Assembly: GCA_009774175.1 (NCBI GenBank)
Contig: VSNG01000002.1
Span: 11,095-75,094, forward strand
DNA: 64,000 nucleotides
Direction of reading: 5' to 3'
Source of the DNA: Lachnospiraceae bacterium
Lineage (GTDB): Bacteria; Bacillota; Clostridia; Lachnospirales; Lachnospiraceae
This document shows positions 1-10,022 of the stretch, in pieces. Each line of letters starts with the position of its first letter. Position 1 is the stretch's first letter. A program made the translations under genes and the position numbers. The notes beneath the pieces were generated by a model. It made no database searches. It was not told the DNA's origin and worked only from the letters and a program-made list of their open reading frames with translations.

Positions 1-198
1 CGTTCCCAGCGCTCCCGCTGACTTCACATTGGTAAAATCATCATGGGAGTAAAACGTATACCACGCCGCAATGATAACCGGTATCAAAACAAACGCCGCC
101 GTACCAAGCAGCGATATCTCCGCAATCAACGCATATCCCCGATTGCTTTTACCCCCCCCCCTATTTAAATTGCCATTTTCTATTACCGTCTCCTGCAT
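1..198 (-). CDS. hypothetical membrane protein, N-terminal 66 codons only (continues beyond left edge)
   Basis: Hand translation of the minus strand from ATG 198..196 stays open to position 1: MQETVIENGNLNRGGGKSNRGYALIAEISLLGTAAFVLIPVIIAAWYTFYSHDDFTNVKSAGALGT. It has one hydrophobic helix after a basic tail. AAAGGA lies upstream of the ATG. It is absent from the ORF track, probably because the fragment runs off the window edge with no in-window stop. It contains an in-frame G10 tract. Confidence 0.45.
   Translation of the reverse strand, partial: MQETVIENGNLNRGGGKSNRGYALIAEISLLGTAAFVLIPVIIAAWYTFYSHDDFTNVKSAGALGT
152..161 (-). repeat. G10 homopolymer (C10 on plus strand) within codons 13-16 (RGGG) of the partial CDS; part of the 16-nt element AGGGGGGGGGGTAAAA (147..162)
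   Basis: Counted directly: a at 151, c at 152-161, t at 162. The same 16-mer recurs at 43189..43204. Confidence 0.9.
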
Positions 199-227
199 CC
201 TTTTATTCCTTTCTTTTCTTCACGTTC

Positions 228-2126
228 TCACCACAAATCTTCCACATACTCCTGATACCACATCTGGAACATCATAAATCCCCATAACACAGAACTGTAT
301 ACAGACTTGTCTGACACTTCCAATCTCTGTATGAACTCACTAATCTTCCCTGCTTCAAAAATACTCTGTTTCTTCAAAATGTGGGGATCTGCATATTGTC
401 TTAGCTGCTTGTTAAGATCATTCCTCAGCCAGAGCGCCACCGGAACTCCAAAACCTTGCTTGGGTCTGTCTAGCAGTTCTCTCGGTACAAGATCGTAAGC
501 AATGTCCTTTAGAATATACTTTTTCTTTCCGTTACGGTATTTATACTGCAAAGGAACCCGAAAACTATACTCCACAATTCGATAATCCAACAACGGACAT
601 CTGATCTCCAAGGAGTATTTCATGGATCCCCTGTCTGTCTTCACCAGCACTTCATCCGCCATATAGTACCGCATGTCAAGCAGCATTCGTTTTGTCTGCC
701 AATCATTTCCAAGCGACGTGATTTCATGTATTTTCTCTTCGAAGTCACGTTTTGCCGATTCAGACCCGCTAATTATCATATCCCGGGTATGCTTTTCCCG
801 GACGTCTGCAAACAACTGCAATTTTGTACGTTGATCCCTGTTATTCAAAAACGCATTCATTTTATCCGGCAGCCTGTCCACTAATGCCATATTCCGAAGC
901 AACGGCATATGACATACAGCGTGTCCTGCCTTTCCAAGCCACTCCAGCTTTTGCGCCCACAACATCCAGTCATACTGCTCATATCCGCAAAACAGTTCGT
1001 CCCCGCCGTCCCCTGACAATATGACGGATACATCCCCTTTTGCCAGTTTGGACACCAGCATGGTCGGTATCTGCGAAGAATCTGCGAAAGGTTCGTCATA
1101 CCACTTACAGATATCCTGAATCTGCTCCAGCAAATCCTGTTTAGATACATAAAGCTCCGTATGGTTTGTCCCGATATGCTTTGCAACGGCTTTGGCGTAT
1201 TCCGCCTCGTTCTCTTTTTGGGTAGAAAAGCCTATTGTATATGTCCTGATCGGTTCGACGGATGTTCTCTGTGCCAGCGCTGTGATCACCGTTGAATCAA
1301 TTCCTCCGCTCAGAAAAGTGCCCAGCGGAACGTCAGAAATCATTCTTTTTTCTACCGAATCCGATAATAAATTTACCAAACCATCTTTGGCGGCGGCGTA
1401 GTCCGTTATTTTCCGCCCGCTCTGTTTCTGATAGGTTTCCAGCAGATCCCAATAAAAATAGCTGTGCACATTATTCTTTTCCCATATCACGCATTCGCCC
1501 GGCTGCACCTTCCAAGTATGGCGAAACACGGTATCTGGCGAATCAAAGCATTTATTTACCAAATATCCAGAAATCAGCTCCGTTCTTATCTCCTTGCGGA
1601 ATTCGGGAAATGCCATAATCGGCTTCAATTCAGAAGCAAAAACAAATGCGCCTGTCTCAGGAGACCGATAATAATACAGCGGCTTTTTACCCATCCTGTC
1701 CCTGGCAAGCATCACCCGCCCCTGCCGCAAATCCGCAATCGCCAGGCCAAACATTCCGTTCAGCATGGTCAGGCAGTCAATGCCATACTCCAAATACAGA
1801 TTTAATATTACTTCCGTATCGCAGGCGGAACGAAACCGATACCCCTTTAGCTCCAGCTCTTCTCTTAACTCAATGTAATTATATACCTCTCCATTATACA
1901 CAAGAACCACCTGCCGGTCATCAGAAAACATGGGCTGATGGCCAGCAGAAGACAAATCCAGGATAGATAATCTCCTTTGTCCCAATCCCAGATAAAGCCC
2001 ATTCGACAACCCCGTCTGGTAGATTCCCGCATCGTCCGGTCCCCTATGAATCATGGTATTATTCATTTCCGTCAAAATCTCCGGTCTGTACTTTTGTCCG
2101 GATAGATAACCGCAGATGCCGCACAT
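228..2126 (-). CDS. asnB: asparagine synthase (glutamine-hydrolysing), glycan-locus AsnB/WbpS-type amidotransferase
   Basis: N-terminal MCGICG (Cys2 Ntn glutaminase nucleophile). PP-loop SGGIDS. 632 aa, typical length. ATG at 2126 preceded by GGGGAAAAG. Confidence 0.9.
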   Translation of the reverse strand: MCGICGYLSGQKYRPEILTEMNNTMIHRGPDDAGIYQTGLSNGLYLGLGQRRLSILDLSSAGHQPMFSDDRQVVLVYNGEVYNYIELREELELKGYRFRSACDTEVILNLYLEYGIDCLTMLNGMFGLAIADLRQGRVMLARDRMGKKPLYYYRSPETGAFVFASELKPIMAFPEFRKEIRTELISGYLVNKCFDSPDTVFRHTWKVQPGECVIWEKNNVHSYFYWDLLETYQKQSGRKITDYAAAKDGLVNLLSDSVEKRMISDVPLGTFLSGGIDSTVITALAQRTSVEPIRTYTIGFSTQKENEAEYAKAVAKHIGTNHTELYVSKQDLLEQIQDICKWYDEPFADSSQIPTMLVSKLAKGDVSVILSGDGGDELFCGYEQYDWMLWAQKLEWLGKAGHAVCHMPLLRNMALVDRLPDKMNAFLNNRDQRTKLQLFADVREKHTRDMIISGSESAKRDFEEKIHEITSLGNDWQTKRMLLDMRYYMADEVLVKTDRGSMKYSLEIRCPLLDYRIVEYSFRVPLQYKYRNGKKKYILKDIAYDLVPRELLDRPKQGFGVPVALWLRNDLNKQLRQYADPHILKKQSIFEAGKISEFIQRLEVSDKSVYSSVLWGFMMFQMWYQEYVEDLW

Positions 2127-2139
2127 TTTCTTTTCCCCG

Positions 2140-3342
2140 CTACTCGGATATAATTTCCAGCCACCTGTTCACAGATCCTTCAATCGTCAACATCTTTGCC
2201 CGCGAACTGGTCTTGTGTTTATAATAATCTCTTTTTTCAGAATCCTGCAATAATAATGTCATAGCCTTTACAAGCTCCTGCTCCGCCCGCTCCAAAGGCT
2301 CTTTTCCTCTGTATTTTTGTCCACTGCACAGGGGAACCAAAATTCCGTATTCAACCTCTGTCATTTCCTCGATTTGCACCGCACTGTCAGCTATATCCGG
2401 TGCCAGTATTTCCCTTGCGCCCGCATGGAAGTCCGTCGCTATACACGGAATCCCCAAGCAAACAGCCTCGGCCATTGCATTGGGAAATCCCTCATAGAGG
2501 GACGTCATGACAAACGCGTCTGCTTTGCTGACAAGCCGATAAAGATTTTTCGTAAAACCAGCAAAAAATACGCTATCCGCTATTTTGCAGTTTTTTGCAA
2601 GCTCTTTTAAAGATTCTTCCAGCTCGCCTTCTCCTGCGATAATCAGCATGGCGTCTCTTATCTGCTTTTGCGTTTCAGCAAATGCCCTGATTAAATGCTG
2701 ATATCCTTTGACATCCACAAGCCTTCCGGCTGTCACAATCACTTTTTTGTTTTGCATGCACATCTGTTCAGCATCCGTCAGCGGTTCTTCAGCCAGTTTG
2801 TTCAATCCGTTGATATCGTACCCGTTTTCAATAACAACAACCTTATCCTTTTTCAAAGAAAAGCTCTGTACCAATTCACTTCCAACGCCCTTTGATACGG
2901 CGACAATCCGATCCGCCCTATTATATAAAAGCCGTACCAGCGGAATGACCACATACTTATACTGCGGCAGCATACTCTGTCTTTGCAAACTGCTTCGGGC
3001 CGATATAATCACCTTACAATATTTATTTCCGGTTAATATATTGGCCACATTCGAGCTGTCCAGAAAGCTGACGCACGCTGCATATCCGTTATTTTTCTTT
3101 AACTGATACAGCATTTTCATTCTTTTGATCAATAAACGAAAATGGAAGAAAACTGATCCCATCCTTTCATTTTCAATATCCAGTGAAATCAGTCTGCCGC
3201 GATACGGATATGTCTCCGTTTTATCATTATTGAGCAGGATATCAATTTCCCAATCATTCGGTATGTGGGTAACCAGGTTCGACAATGCCCGCTCCGCTCC
3301 GCCGCCATATAAGTGCGATATAACAAAAAGAATTCTTTTCAT
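2140..3342 (-). CDS. glycosyltransferase family 4 (GT-B)
   Basis: ILFVISHLYGGGAERA N-terminus. C-terminal EGFPNAMAEAVCLGIPCIATD (E-x7-E type motif). Confidence 0.85.
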   Translation of the reverse strand: MKRILFVISHLYGGGAERALSNLVTHIPNDWEIDILLNNDKTETYPYRGRLISLDIENERMGSVFFHFRLLIKRMKMLYQLKKNNGYAACVSFLDSSNVANILTGNKYCKVIISARSSLQRQSMLPQYKYVVIPLVRLLYNRADRIVAVSKGVGSELVQSFSLKKDKVVVIENGYDINGLNKLAEEPLTDAEQMCMQNKKVIVTAGRLVDVKGYQHLIRAFAETQKQIRDAMLIIAGEGELEESLKELAKNCKIADSVFFAGFTKNLYRLVSKADAFVMTSLYEGFPNAMAEAVCLGIPCIATDFHAGAREILAPDIADSAVQIEEMTEVEYGILVPLCSGQKYRGKEPLERAEQELVKAMTLLLQDSEKRDYYKHKTSSRAKMLTIEGSVNRWLEIISE

Positions 3343-3348
3343 ATACGA

Positions 3349-4479
3349 TTATAAGTCCCTCTCGTCTACTTTTTGCAGTACATCCTCATACCGTCTGATA
3401 ATCTGCTCCCAGTCATACCGCGACACGTCCATGACGCAATCCAGCTCCGCAGGATCTTTTTCCATCACCTTTCCAAGCTTGTCCGCAAGCCCCTGCACAT
3501 CATCCGGCGCAAAATAGTATTGATCATCACCGATCAGCTGTCTGTGTCCCGGTATGTCCGAAAGAAGCGGATAGCATCCCGCCGCGGCCGTCTCAAGAAC
3601 TGCCATCGGACAGTTTTCAAAGTGACTCGCCGTAATATAGACAGACGCCTTTTGCAGGTAAGCAAGCTGCTCTTTACTGTTATTATCAATCCATCCGTGG
3701 AATCTCACGCAGTCCGCCAGTCCCAGCTCTGCCACTAATTGCTCCAGCTCTCCCCGATACGGTCCGTCCCCCAGAATATCTACCATCCATCCCGACCGGT
3801 CAACCGCCGCAACCGCACGGATCGCCGTCTGCATATTTTTATATTTCTGCATTCTCCCCATCAGAAGAATCCGCTTTTCTTTCTTATTTCGATCTGCAAT
3901 TTCACTGTATTTTTTTACATGAAGTCCGTTTGGTATCTGAATATAATTGCCTCCGTCATACTCCTTTTTCATAAGAGAAAGAAGATAATTTGACGGGGCG
4001 ATCACACCTTCCGACTCCTTTACAATTTTTCTCCAGGAAGGCCGCAAAAACCTGTGCATAATCTTCATGTACTTTTTGGAATTATATCCTTCCACGTCGC
4101 TTCCATGTGCCGTAATCACATAGGGAATCCCATATTTGTCCTTTACCCATTTGGCCGCTTCCCCCGTGGGTATCACGAAATGGGTATGGCAGACATCATA
4201 AGTATGGGATTTCATATGGCTCTTCATGAAATGTCTGACCGCCAGCAGATAGGAATATTGTTCCCACGGCATACAGGAGCTCTTTTTGCCGCGCAGACAC
4301 TTTAAACGATAAATTTTGACTCCCTGCTCCTCCTCATATGCCAAAAGACCATGGAATCCCATGGTCACTATCGTCACATCATGGCCCCGCTTCGCAAGCT
4401 GTATGGATATATCCCTGGATACCGGGGCCGCGCCGCCGCCAAGGGGCGGATATTCGTAATTCAACACCAATATTCTCAT
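3349..4479 (-). CDS. glycosyltransferase family 4 (GT-B)
   Basis: MRILVLNYEYPPLGGGAA N-terminus. FENCPMAVLETAAAGCYPLLSD near the C-terminus. Confidence 0.85.
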   Translation of the reverse strand: MRILVLNYEYPPLGGGAAPVSRDISIQLAKRGHDVTIVTMGFHGLLAYEEEQGVKIYRLKCLRGKKSSCMPWEQYSYLLAVRHFMKSHMKSHTYDVCHTHFVIPTGEAAKWVKDKYGIPYVITAHGSDVEGYNSKKYMKIMHRFLRPSWRKIVKESEGVIAPSNYLLSLMKKEYDGGNYIQIPNGLHVKKYSEIADRNKKEKRILLMGRMQKYKNMQTAIRAVAAVDRSGWMVDILGDGPYRGELEQLVAELGLADCVRFHGWIDNNSKEQLAYLQKASVYITASHFENCPMAVLETAAAGCYPLLSDIPGHRQLIGDDQYYFAPDDVQGLADKLGKVMEKDPAELDCVMDVSRYDWEQIIRRYEDVLQKVDERDL

Positions 4480-4509
4480 GTCTGTATCTGACCTTTCCCA
4501 AACGGTGTA

Positions 4510-5454
4510 TCACTGTTCCTCGGTATTCTCCACAACTTCCCTAATATTATAGGGCAAATCCACATGCGTCCCGTAATATACCTTCATCATGATCTCGCTC
4601 ATCAGTCCAAATACAAACATCAGAACGCCCATAATCATAAAAAACACTGTCAGGATTGGCGGAATAATATTATTTGACATTTTATAACCCATCACAAATA
4701 ATACAATCGACCAAATGCCGCATATTCCCCCTAACATACAGAATAAAATGCCAAAAGCGCCGAGAACGTGCAGCGGTCTGGAAGCATATTTATTCCAAAA
4801 CCAGACGGAAATCATATCCACAAATCCCTTAATGGTTCTGTGCCAGTTATATTTTGTCTTACCCGACGTCCTTGCTCGGTGATTGACCACCATCTCCCCG
4901 ACCTTAAACCCTTTAATCTCCAATATCGCCGGAATAAAGCGATGCTGTTCGCCATACAGATTTATTCCTTTAAAGCATTCCCTTCGGTACACTTTTAAAG
5001 AACAGCCGCTGTCATGGATACCGTCATGGACCAGCAGATATCTAAGCGCATTCGCACCGCGGGAAATAAACCGCTTCATGAATGTGTCCTTGCGATTCTT
5101 TCGCCAGCCGGAAACCACGTCGTAGTGATTCTCCCGCATGTATTCCAGCATTTTGGGAATATCCGCCGGATCGTTCTGCCCGTCGCCGTCCAGCGTAGCG
5201 ATAAACTCCTTTGTTGCCGCCTTAATCCCCGCGTCCATGGCCGCCGTCTGCCCGAAATTTCTACGGAACTGAATATATTTAAGCGGTTTCAGGGTACGGC
5301 AGATCTGATCCGTTTTGTCCGAGGAGCCGTCATTGATAAAAATAATCTCATAGTCGTATCCTGCGTTCACACACATCCGCTTAATTTCCTGATGCAGCTT
5401 TTCCACGTTTCCTTCTTCATTATAAACCGGTACTACAACTGATACTCCAAGCAT
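4510..5454 (-). CDS. GT2 polyprenyl-phosphate glycosyltransferase (GtrB/CsbB/ArnC-like) with C-terminal membrane helices
   Basis: VSVVVPVYNEEGNVEKL, INDGSSDKT, TLDGDGQNDP, then hydrophobic C-terminal helices. The track ORF begins at a TTG (5484). ATG at 5454 has AAGGTGG 8 nt upstream and avoids overlap with the upstream gene. Confidence 0.8.
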   Translation of the reverse strand: MLGVSVVVPVYNEEGNVEKLHQEIKRMCVNAGYDYEIIFINDGSSDKTDQICRTLKPLKYIQFRRNFGQTAAMDAGIKAATKEFIATLDGDGQNDPADIPKMLEYMRENHYDVVSGWRKNRKDTFMKRFISRGANALRYLLVHDGIHDSGCSLKVYRRECFKGINLYGEQHRFIPAILEIKGFKVGEMVVNHRARTSGKTKYNWHRTIKGFVDMISVWFWNKYASRPLHVLGAFGILFCMLGGICGIWSIVLFVMGYKMSNNIIPPILTVFFMIMGVLMFVFGLMSEIMMKVYYGTHVDLPYNIREVVENTEEQ

Positions 5455-5467
5455 TTTGTTTGCCACC

Positions 5468-6628
5468 TTATCTGTTATTTGCAAAATCCTGTTTGTTCTT
5501 CAATATTTCCTGATAAACAGCCCAAATTTGTTCACAATTATTCTTTACCGTGTATGTTTCCGACACTTTCCTCGCCTGACGCCCGATATTCTGCATCTCA
5601 TTCCTGTGATCAATACAGTATATCATTCTGTTAGCAAGCTCCTCAATATGATTGACTTCGTAAAGTAAATTCATAAATGATACCAGTTCCGGTGTGGCGC
5701 CGCTGCGCGCCCCGATAACCGGCATATAATTGGACATATATTCGACAGTAACCCGCCCAAAAGCCTCATTATTCGTAGCCATGATTCCCACGTCCATATG
5801 CTCCAGAACAGACCCCACATCCGATTGATATCCCGTAAAACAGATATACGGATTCAACTGCGCTTCCTTTATATAATTTAGTATCTTATGATAATAATCC
5901 CCCTGCGTCGGCCCGATGATTGTCAGGGAAAAATCAGTGTATCCCCTTGAAACTAAAACCTTACACGCTTTGACGGCATCCATCTGATTTTTTTGCTCAT
6001 ATATCATTCCCACCATGCAAAAATGGACGATTCCACCTTCGCAATATTTTTTTACATAGGGTGGTCTGATTTCTACGCCGTCATATATCTGAATATTATT
6101 GATTTTTAGCGAATAACCTTCTATTCTTTTTGCCAATGCCTCGGAAATCGTAATTATCTGAGACGATTGCAGTAATTTTTGGGTAAACTCCCTTTTTCCC
6201 CATACATATTCCAGAGGATACCCGTCCTTTAAAATTTCGCGAAAATGCCAGACATGGGGAACACCCCATTTTTTTGCCAGAAACAGGCCAATATCCGTTA
6301 TACTTGTATTGGTATGCACCAAATCAAACGTCAGGCCCTGTCTGTCAATCATATCCAAAACGGCATAAAATTCTTTATACCGCATGATTTTTCTTGTCAG
6401 TTTTCTAAAAGGCTTGTATTTTATGTTTTCATCAACAGCGCTGATTCTGAAAGTATGAAAAATAAATTTAATCCCATAGGGCTTTAATTTCGCTTCAATC
6501 GTGCCGCCGGACGGAACAAGTATATATGGTTCCACATTATGGTATCGCTGCATATATAGCGACATTTCACACAGGCAATGATTCGCGCCTCCCATGGTGT
6601 CGTAATTTGTTATATATAAAACTTTCAT
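5468..6628 (-). CDS. glycosyltransferase family 4 (GT-B)
   Basis: MKVLYITNYDTMGGANH. NEAFGRVTVEYMSNYMPVIGARSGATPE. AGGAG before ATG 6628. Confidence 0.8.
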   Translation of the reverse strand: MKVLYITNYDTMGGANHCLCEMSLYMQRYHNVEPYILVPSGGTIEAKLKPYGIKFIFHTFRISAVDENIKYKPFRKLTRKIMRYKEFYAVLDMIDRQGLTFDLVHTNTSITDIGLFLAKKWGVPHVWHFREILKDGYPLEYVWGKREFTQKLLQSSQIITISEALAKRIEGYSLKINNIQIYDGVEIRPPYVKKYCEGGIVHFCMVGMIYEQKNQMDAVKACKVLVSRGYTDFSLTIIGPTQGDYYHKILNYIKEAQLNPYICFTGYQSDVGSVLEHMDVGIMATNNEAFGRVTVEYMSNYMPVIGARSGATPELVSFMNLLYEVNHIEELANRMIYCIDHRNEMQNIGRQARKVSETYTVKNNCEQIWAVYQEILKNKQDFANNR

Positions 6629-6713
6629 ATATCTCCTGCGCAGCTTCCTTTCTTTCTGATCCCCTTAGCCCTGGCAAGCCTGGATATCAGATATCAGAAA
6701 AATCCAAAGGCAA

Positions 6714-8207
6714 TTAATTTATATAAAACAAATAAGCCCTTCTCTCATACTCGCTATACGAATATCTTTCCAATAAAGTCGCGAGAAAATCTTCGTCAAT
6801 TTCGTTCAACTGAAAATCGCTGTGCGTACCTATCATCAACGCATAAGGTTCTTCCGTTCCCTCCAGATAACGCAGCAGTGCGGACAAATCTTCCTCCGTA
6901 TACCCGTTAGAAGCATTATCACTGTCACTCAATGCAAGCAAATACTCAGCGTCTAACGGAAACGCCGCTGCCTCATGCTCGTCTGACCATATGCAGATAC
7001 ACTTTCTTCCATCGTCTATGGCCGTCTGCGTTTCTTCAACCAGCCCACCATAATTGTTAAAATTCGTTTCATTCCAAAGATAGGGCACCCGGATATATTC
7101 TTTTATATTTATTTCCGCCTCTGGTTTCAGAACCGCAAATAAAGAAAATAGCAATATTATACATTTACAGAATGTATGCGCCGCTAACAGGTCAAAGCCC
7201 AAAACGGCGGCAAAAACAAATACCGGCAGATAAGGCGCATATACCCGCATGGGAAAACAATCGAAATACAGTGCGTTAAAGGCAAGAAACGGTATGACGC
7301 CAAGGCAGTAAATCCCTATCACATTATCCGCATAGTCATTTCTGCGCTTTACCAGATAATAACCATATATAATCACGCCTGCCACAAGACCGATTCCACC
7401 ATAATAAAAGTTTCTGCTAAAATAAGCATGTCCCCAATAGGGGCCATATATGTTTAACATCCTGTCCACAAATTTCGGAAGCGGTGATGAAAGGATACCC
7501 ATTCGATTAACAACCAATATTGCTTCCAGCAGCACAAGCAGGCTCAAGCCTGTCCATACAACTGTGCGGATGTATTTCGCTTTCTTCAATTGTACGGCAT
7601 ATTTTTTTAATATAGCGTTTAACACGAAAGCCAATAATGCAAATAATGTCAGACCAACCGCTATCAAATACCCTGATTGCATGATGGTCAGACTAAACGC
7701 AAATAAAATATACAGTATACCAAACCCGATCCTTTTTATCTGCTGTCCCTGCTGCTGCATTTTATAAAGCAGAAAAACCAGAACCGACCATACGGCCTCA
7801 TCCCAAATATATTCGCGTATATAGAGATGATTATAAATAATAACGCCATGAAAGCTGATGATAAAAGTAAATATCACTATGCTGTACGTATGCGTTACCA
7901 CATGATACAGTACATAAAGCAGTGCCCCAAAGCTGATGCCGCTTAAAACAAACGGAATTAGCTTATAAACGTAATAAGATTTCCCAATGTATTCGCTCAG
8001 CCAACGAATGATATCGTTAATATAAACAGCTCTGTCATACAAAGATATTTTGTAAAACTCTGCATTGGAAGAGGAAATATGATAGGTTTCATCAAAAGCA
8101 TACCACCCTTCATAATGGGCGATCAAAATAATCCGCCAGATAACAAAGAAGAAATAGCAGCCAAATGCCATTGTTTTTTTATTTGTCAAATATTTTCCTC
8201 TTATCAA
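6714..8207 (-). CDS. polytopic membrane protein, GT-C-like (ArnT/PMT-like) with soluble C-terminal domain
   Basis: About 10 or more hydrophobic segments. FDETYH (acidic DE) sits in the first predicted loop, as in GT-C enzymes. Acidic soluble tail of about 130 aa. TTG start at 8207 has GGAAGGG 6 nt upstream; the alternative ATG at 8171 lacks an RBS. Confidence 0.5.
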   Translation of the reverse strand: MIRGKYLTNKKTMAFGCYFFFVIWRIILIAHYEGWYAFDETYHISSSNAEFYKISLYDRAVYINDIIRWLSEYIGKSYYVYKLIPFVLSGISFGALLYVLYHVVTHTYSIVIFTFIISFHGVIIYNHLYIREYIWDEAVWSVLVFLLYKMQQQGQQIKRIGFGILYILFAFSLTIMQSGYLIAVGLTLFALLAFVLNAILKKYAVQLKKAKYIRTVVWTGLSLLVLLEAILVVNRMGILSSPLPKFVDRMLNIYGPYWGHAYFSRNFYYGGIGLVAGVIIYGYYLVKRRNDYADNVIGIYCLGVIPFLAFNALYFDCFPMRVYAPYLPVFVFAAVLGFDLLAAHTFCKCIILLFSLFAVLKPEAEINIKEYIRVPYLWNETNFNNYGGLVEETQTAIDDGRKCICIWSDEHEAAAFPLDAEYLLALSDSDNASNGYTEEDLSALLRYLEGTEEPYALMIGTHSDFQLNEIDEDFLATLLERYSYSEYERRAYLFYIN

Positions 8208-9972
8208 CTAAATGTGCCCTTCCGTCTTTTATTTCAAATATTTTATCACATTTTCTAATTGTTGCCAACCGATGGGCAACTATAATCATCGTCTTGATAC
8301 CCTGCAAGGCGTCAATCGCCTCCATAACCGCCTGCTCTGTTTCTGAATCCAGTGCAGAAGTCGCCTCATCCAGTACCAGAATATCCGGGTTATAATATAG
8401 AGCGCGCGCAATGGCTATTCGCTGTCTCTGTCCTCCTGAGAACTTAACGCCCCGCTCACCCACTACCGTATCCAGTCCCCTTTCACAATTTTCCACCATC
8501 GTTTTGATCTGCGCCTGATCCAGCGCCCGCCAGATCAACTGATCGTCAATCTCCTCTTCCGGCAGGCCAAACGCGATATTATTTCGAATGGTATCGTCAA
8601 GAAGAAACACCGACTGCGGCACATATCCGATCACCTTTGCCCACTGCGGCAGAATGGTAAAAATGTCCTTTTCATCTATTTTTATGCATCCTTCCTGGGG
8701 CTGCAAAAGCCCCAGCATAATATCCGCCAGAGTCGTTTTACCGGCGCCGGATTCCCCGATTAACGCTACGGATTCCCCCTTCCGTATTTCCAGAGACAAG
8801 TCCTCTATCACCCAGGGAAGTTTTTCTCCATATCTCCATTTGACATGTTCTACTGACAGCCCTTCGCGAAAGCTTATCATGCTCTGATCTTTACTTTTTT
8901 CAACATTCTCCCACAGCGCCGCGTTTCGTTCATCTTCCTGTTTTGCGCTCATGATATTCTGATATGCCTCATCCAGCGCCAGCCTGTTAAAAACCAGGGA
9001 ATTCATATAATTTGCAAGATTTGAAATGGATGGTAAAAGCCTGACCGCCGCTATTGCCATTGTCCCCAGACTGGAAATATAGTCGGTGGATACTCCCCCG
9101 CTTTTCACATTGAAACAGACCAGCAGCAGCATACTTCCCACAAAAATGGTCTCTGTCAACCGATTAGGAACTTTTTGAATACATAAATAGGTCGTATTAT
9201 ATTGGCAGGCCTTTTCAGATGCGCGCGCAAACTGACTGACAAAATTGTCTCTTCGCTGCATCACCGTTATCTCTTTTACACCGTTAACGGATTGATAGGC
9301 GCACTGCTGTCTCTCCGAAAAAGCTTCCCTTGTTTTTTTCCCGCACTCCCCTATCTTCTTTTTAAATCCCACTACCATTCCCATTGCGAACAATACGGTC
9401 ACGCCCATCAGGGAAAAGGCAAGGAAGGGATTGAGGAAAACGAGAAATATGCCAATAAAGAAACATGTCAGCCCTTCCGCCAGCAATCCCGAATAACCAT
9501 CCAACACAAGCGCAATCCCGGTAGTATCATTAATGACGCCTCTTAAAATATCCGCGCTGTTTGTATCCAGAAAAAAAGTATACGGCCGCTTCATGTAGGA
9601 AGCCAGAAGTTTAATTGACAAATCTTTCTCCAGTTTATTCCGAAAGTCCGCCTGATAATAATTTGCAAGTAAAATCATGGCATTCTTAACAACATAGACT
9701 CCAATAATGCCTATGGCTACCAGAAGCAGTATATTATCGTAATCATCTAAATGCAGGAAGCCTGCAACGCTTACAATATATTTATTATTTAACAGTAATT
9801 CCGGCTCCAGCATGGCAATAATAAAGGGAATTACCACACTGATTCCCAGCATTTCCAAGATGGAAACAAAAATCAAAAGAATGATCAGAATAACCCCTTT
9901 TATCTTTTGCTTGCTGGTCAAAATCCCCAGCAGCTGCTTATACATTGTGAAAAAAGTCCGTATATTCTTCAT
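8179..9972 (-). CDS. ABC transporter, fused permease/ATP-binding half-transporter (MsbA/PglK type exporter)
   Basis: N-terminal multi-helix domain. Walker A GESGAGKTT, signature FSGGQRQR, Walker B LVLDEATSALD. Confidence 0.9.
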   Translation of the reverse strand: MKNIRTFFTMYKQLLGILTSKQKIKGVILIILLIFVSILEMLGISVVIPFIIAMLEPELLLNNKYIVSVAGFLHLDDYDNILLLVAIGIIGVYVVKNAMILLANYYQADFRNKLEKDLSIKLLASYMKRPYTFFLDTNSADILRGVINDTTGIALVLDGYSGLLAEGLTCFFIGIFLVFLNPFLAFSLMGVTVLFAMGMVVGFKKKIGECGKKTREAFSERQQCAYQSVNGVKEITVMQRRDNFVSQFARASEKACQYNTTYLCIQKVPNRLTETIFVGSMLLLVCFNVKSGGVSTDYISSLGTMAIAAVRLLPSISNLANYMNSLVFNRLALDEAYQNIMSAKQEDERNAALWENVEKSKDQSMISFREGLSVEHVKWRYGEKLPWVIEDLSLEIRKGESVALIGESGAGKTTLADIMLGLLQPQEGCIKIDEKDIFTILPQWAKVIGYVPQSVFLLDDTIRNNIAFGLPEEEIDDQLIWRALDQAQIKTMVENCERGLDTVVGERGVKFSGGQRQRIAIARALYYNPDILVLDEATSALDSETEQAVMEAIDALQGIKTMIIVAHRLATIRKCDKIFEIKDGRAHLVDKRKIFDK

Positions 9973-10022
9973 TTTTGCTCCTTAACGCTCCTGTAACCCC
10001 TGAATACCTCCTACTGATTTCA

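Noticed and set aside
6683-6697. Tandem gatatca-gatatca repeat in the 85-bp gap upstream of 5468..6628
   Set aside because: There are only two copies of a 7-mer, which is too short to distinguish from chance. No matching half-sites occur elsewhere in the window.
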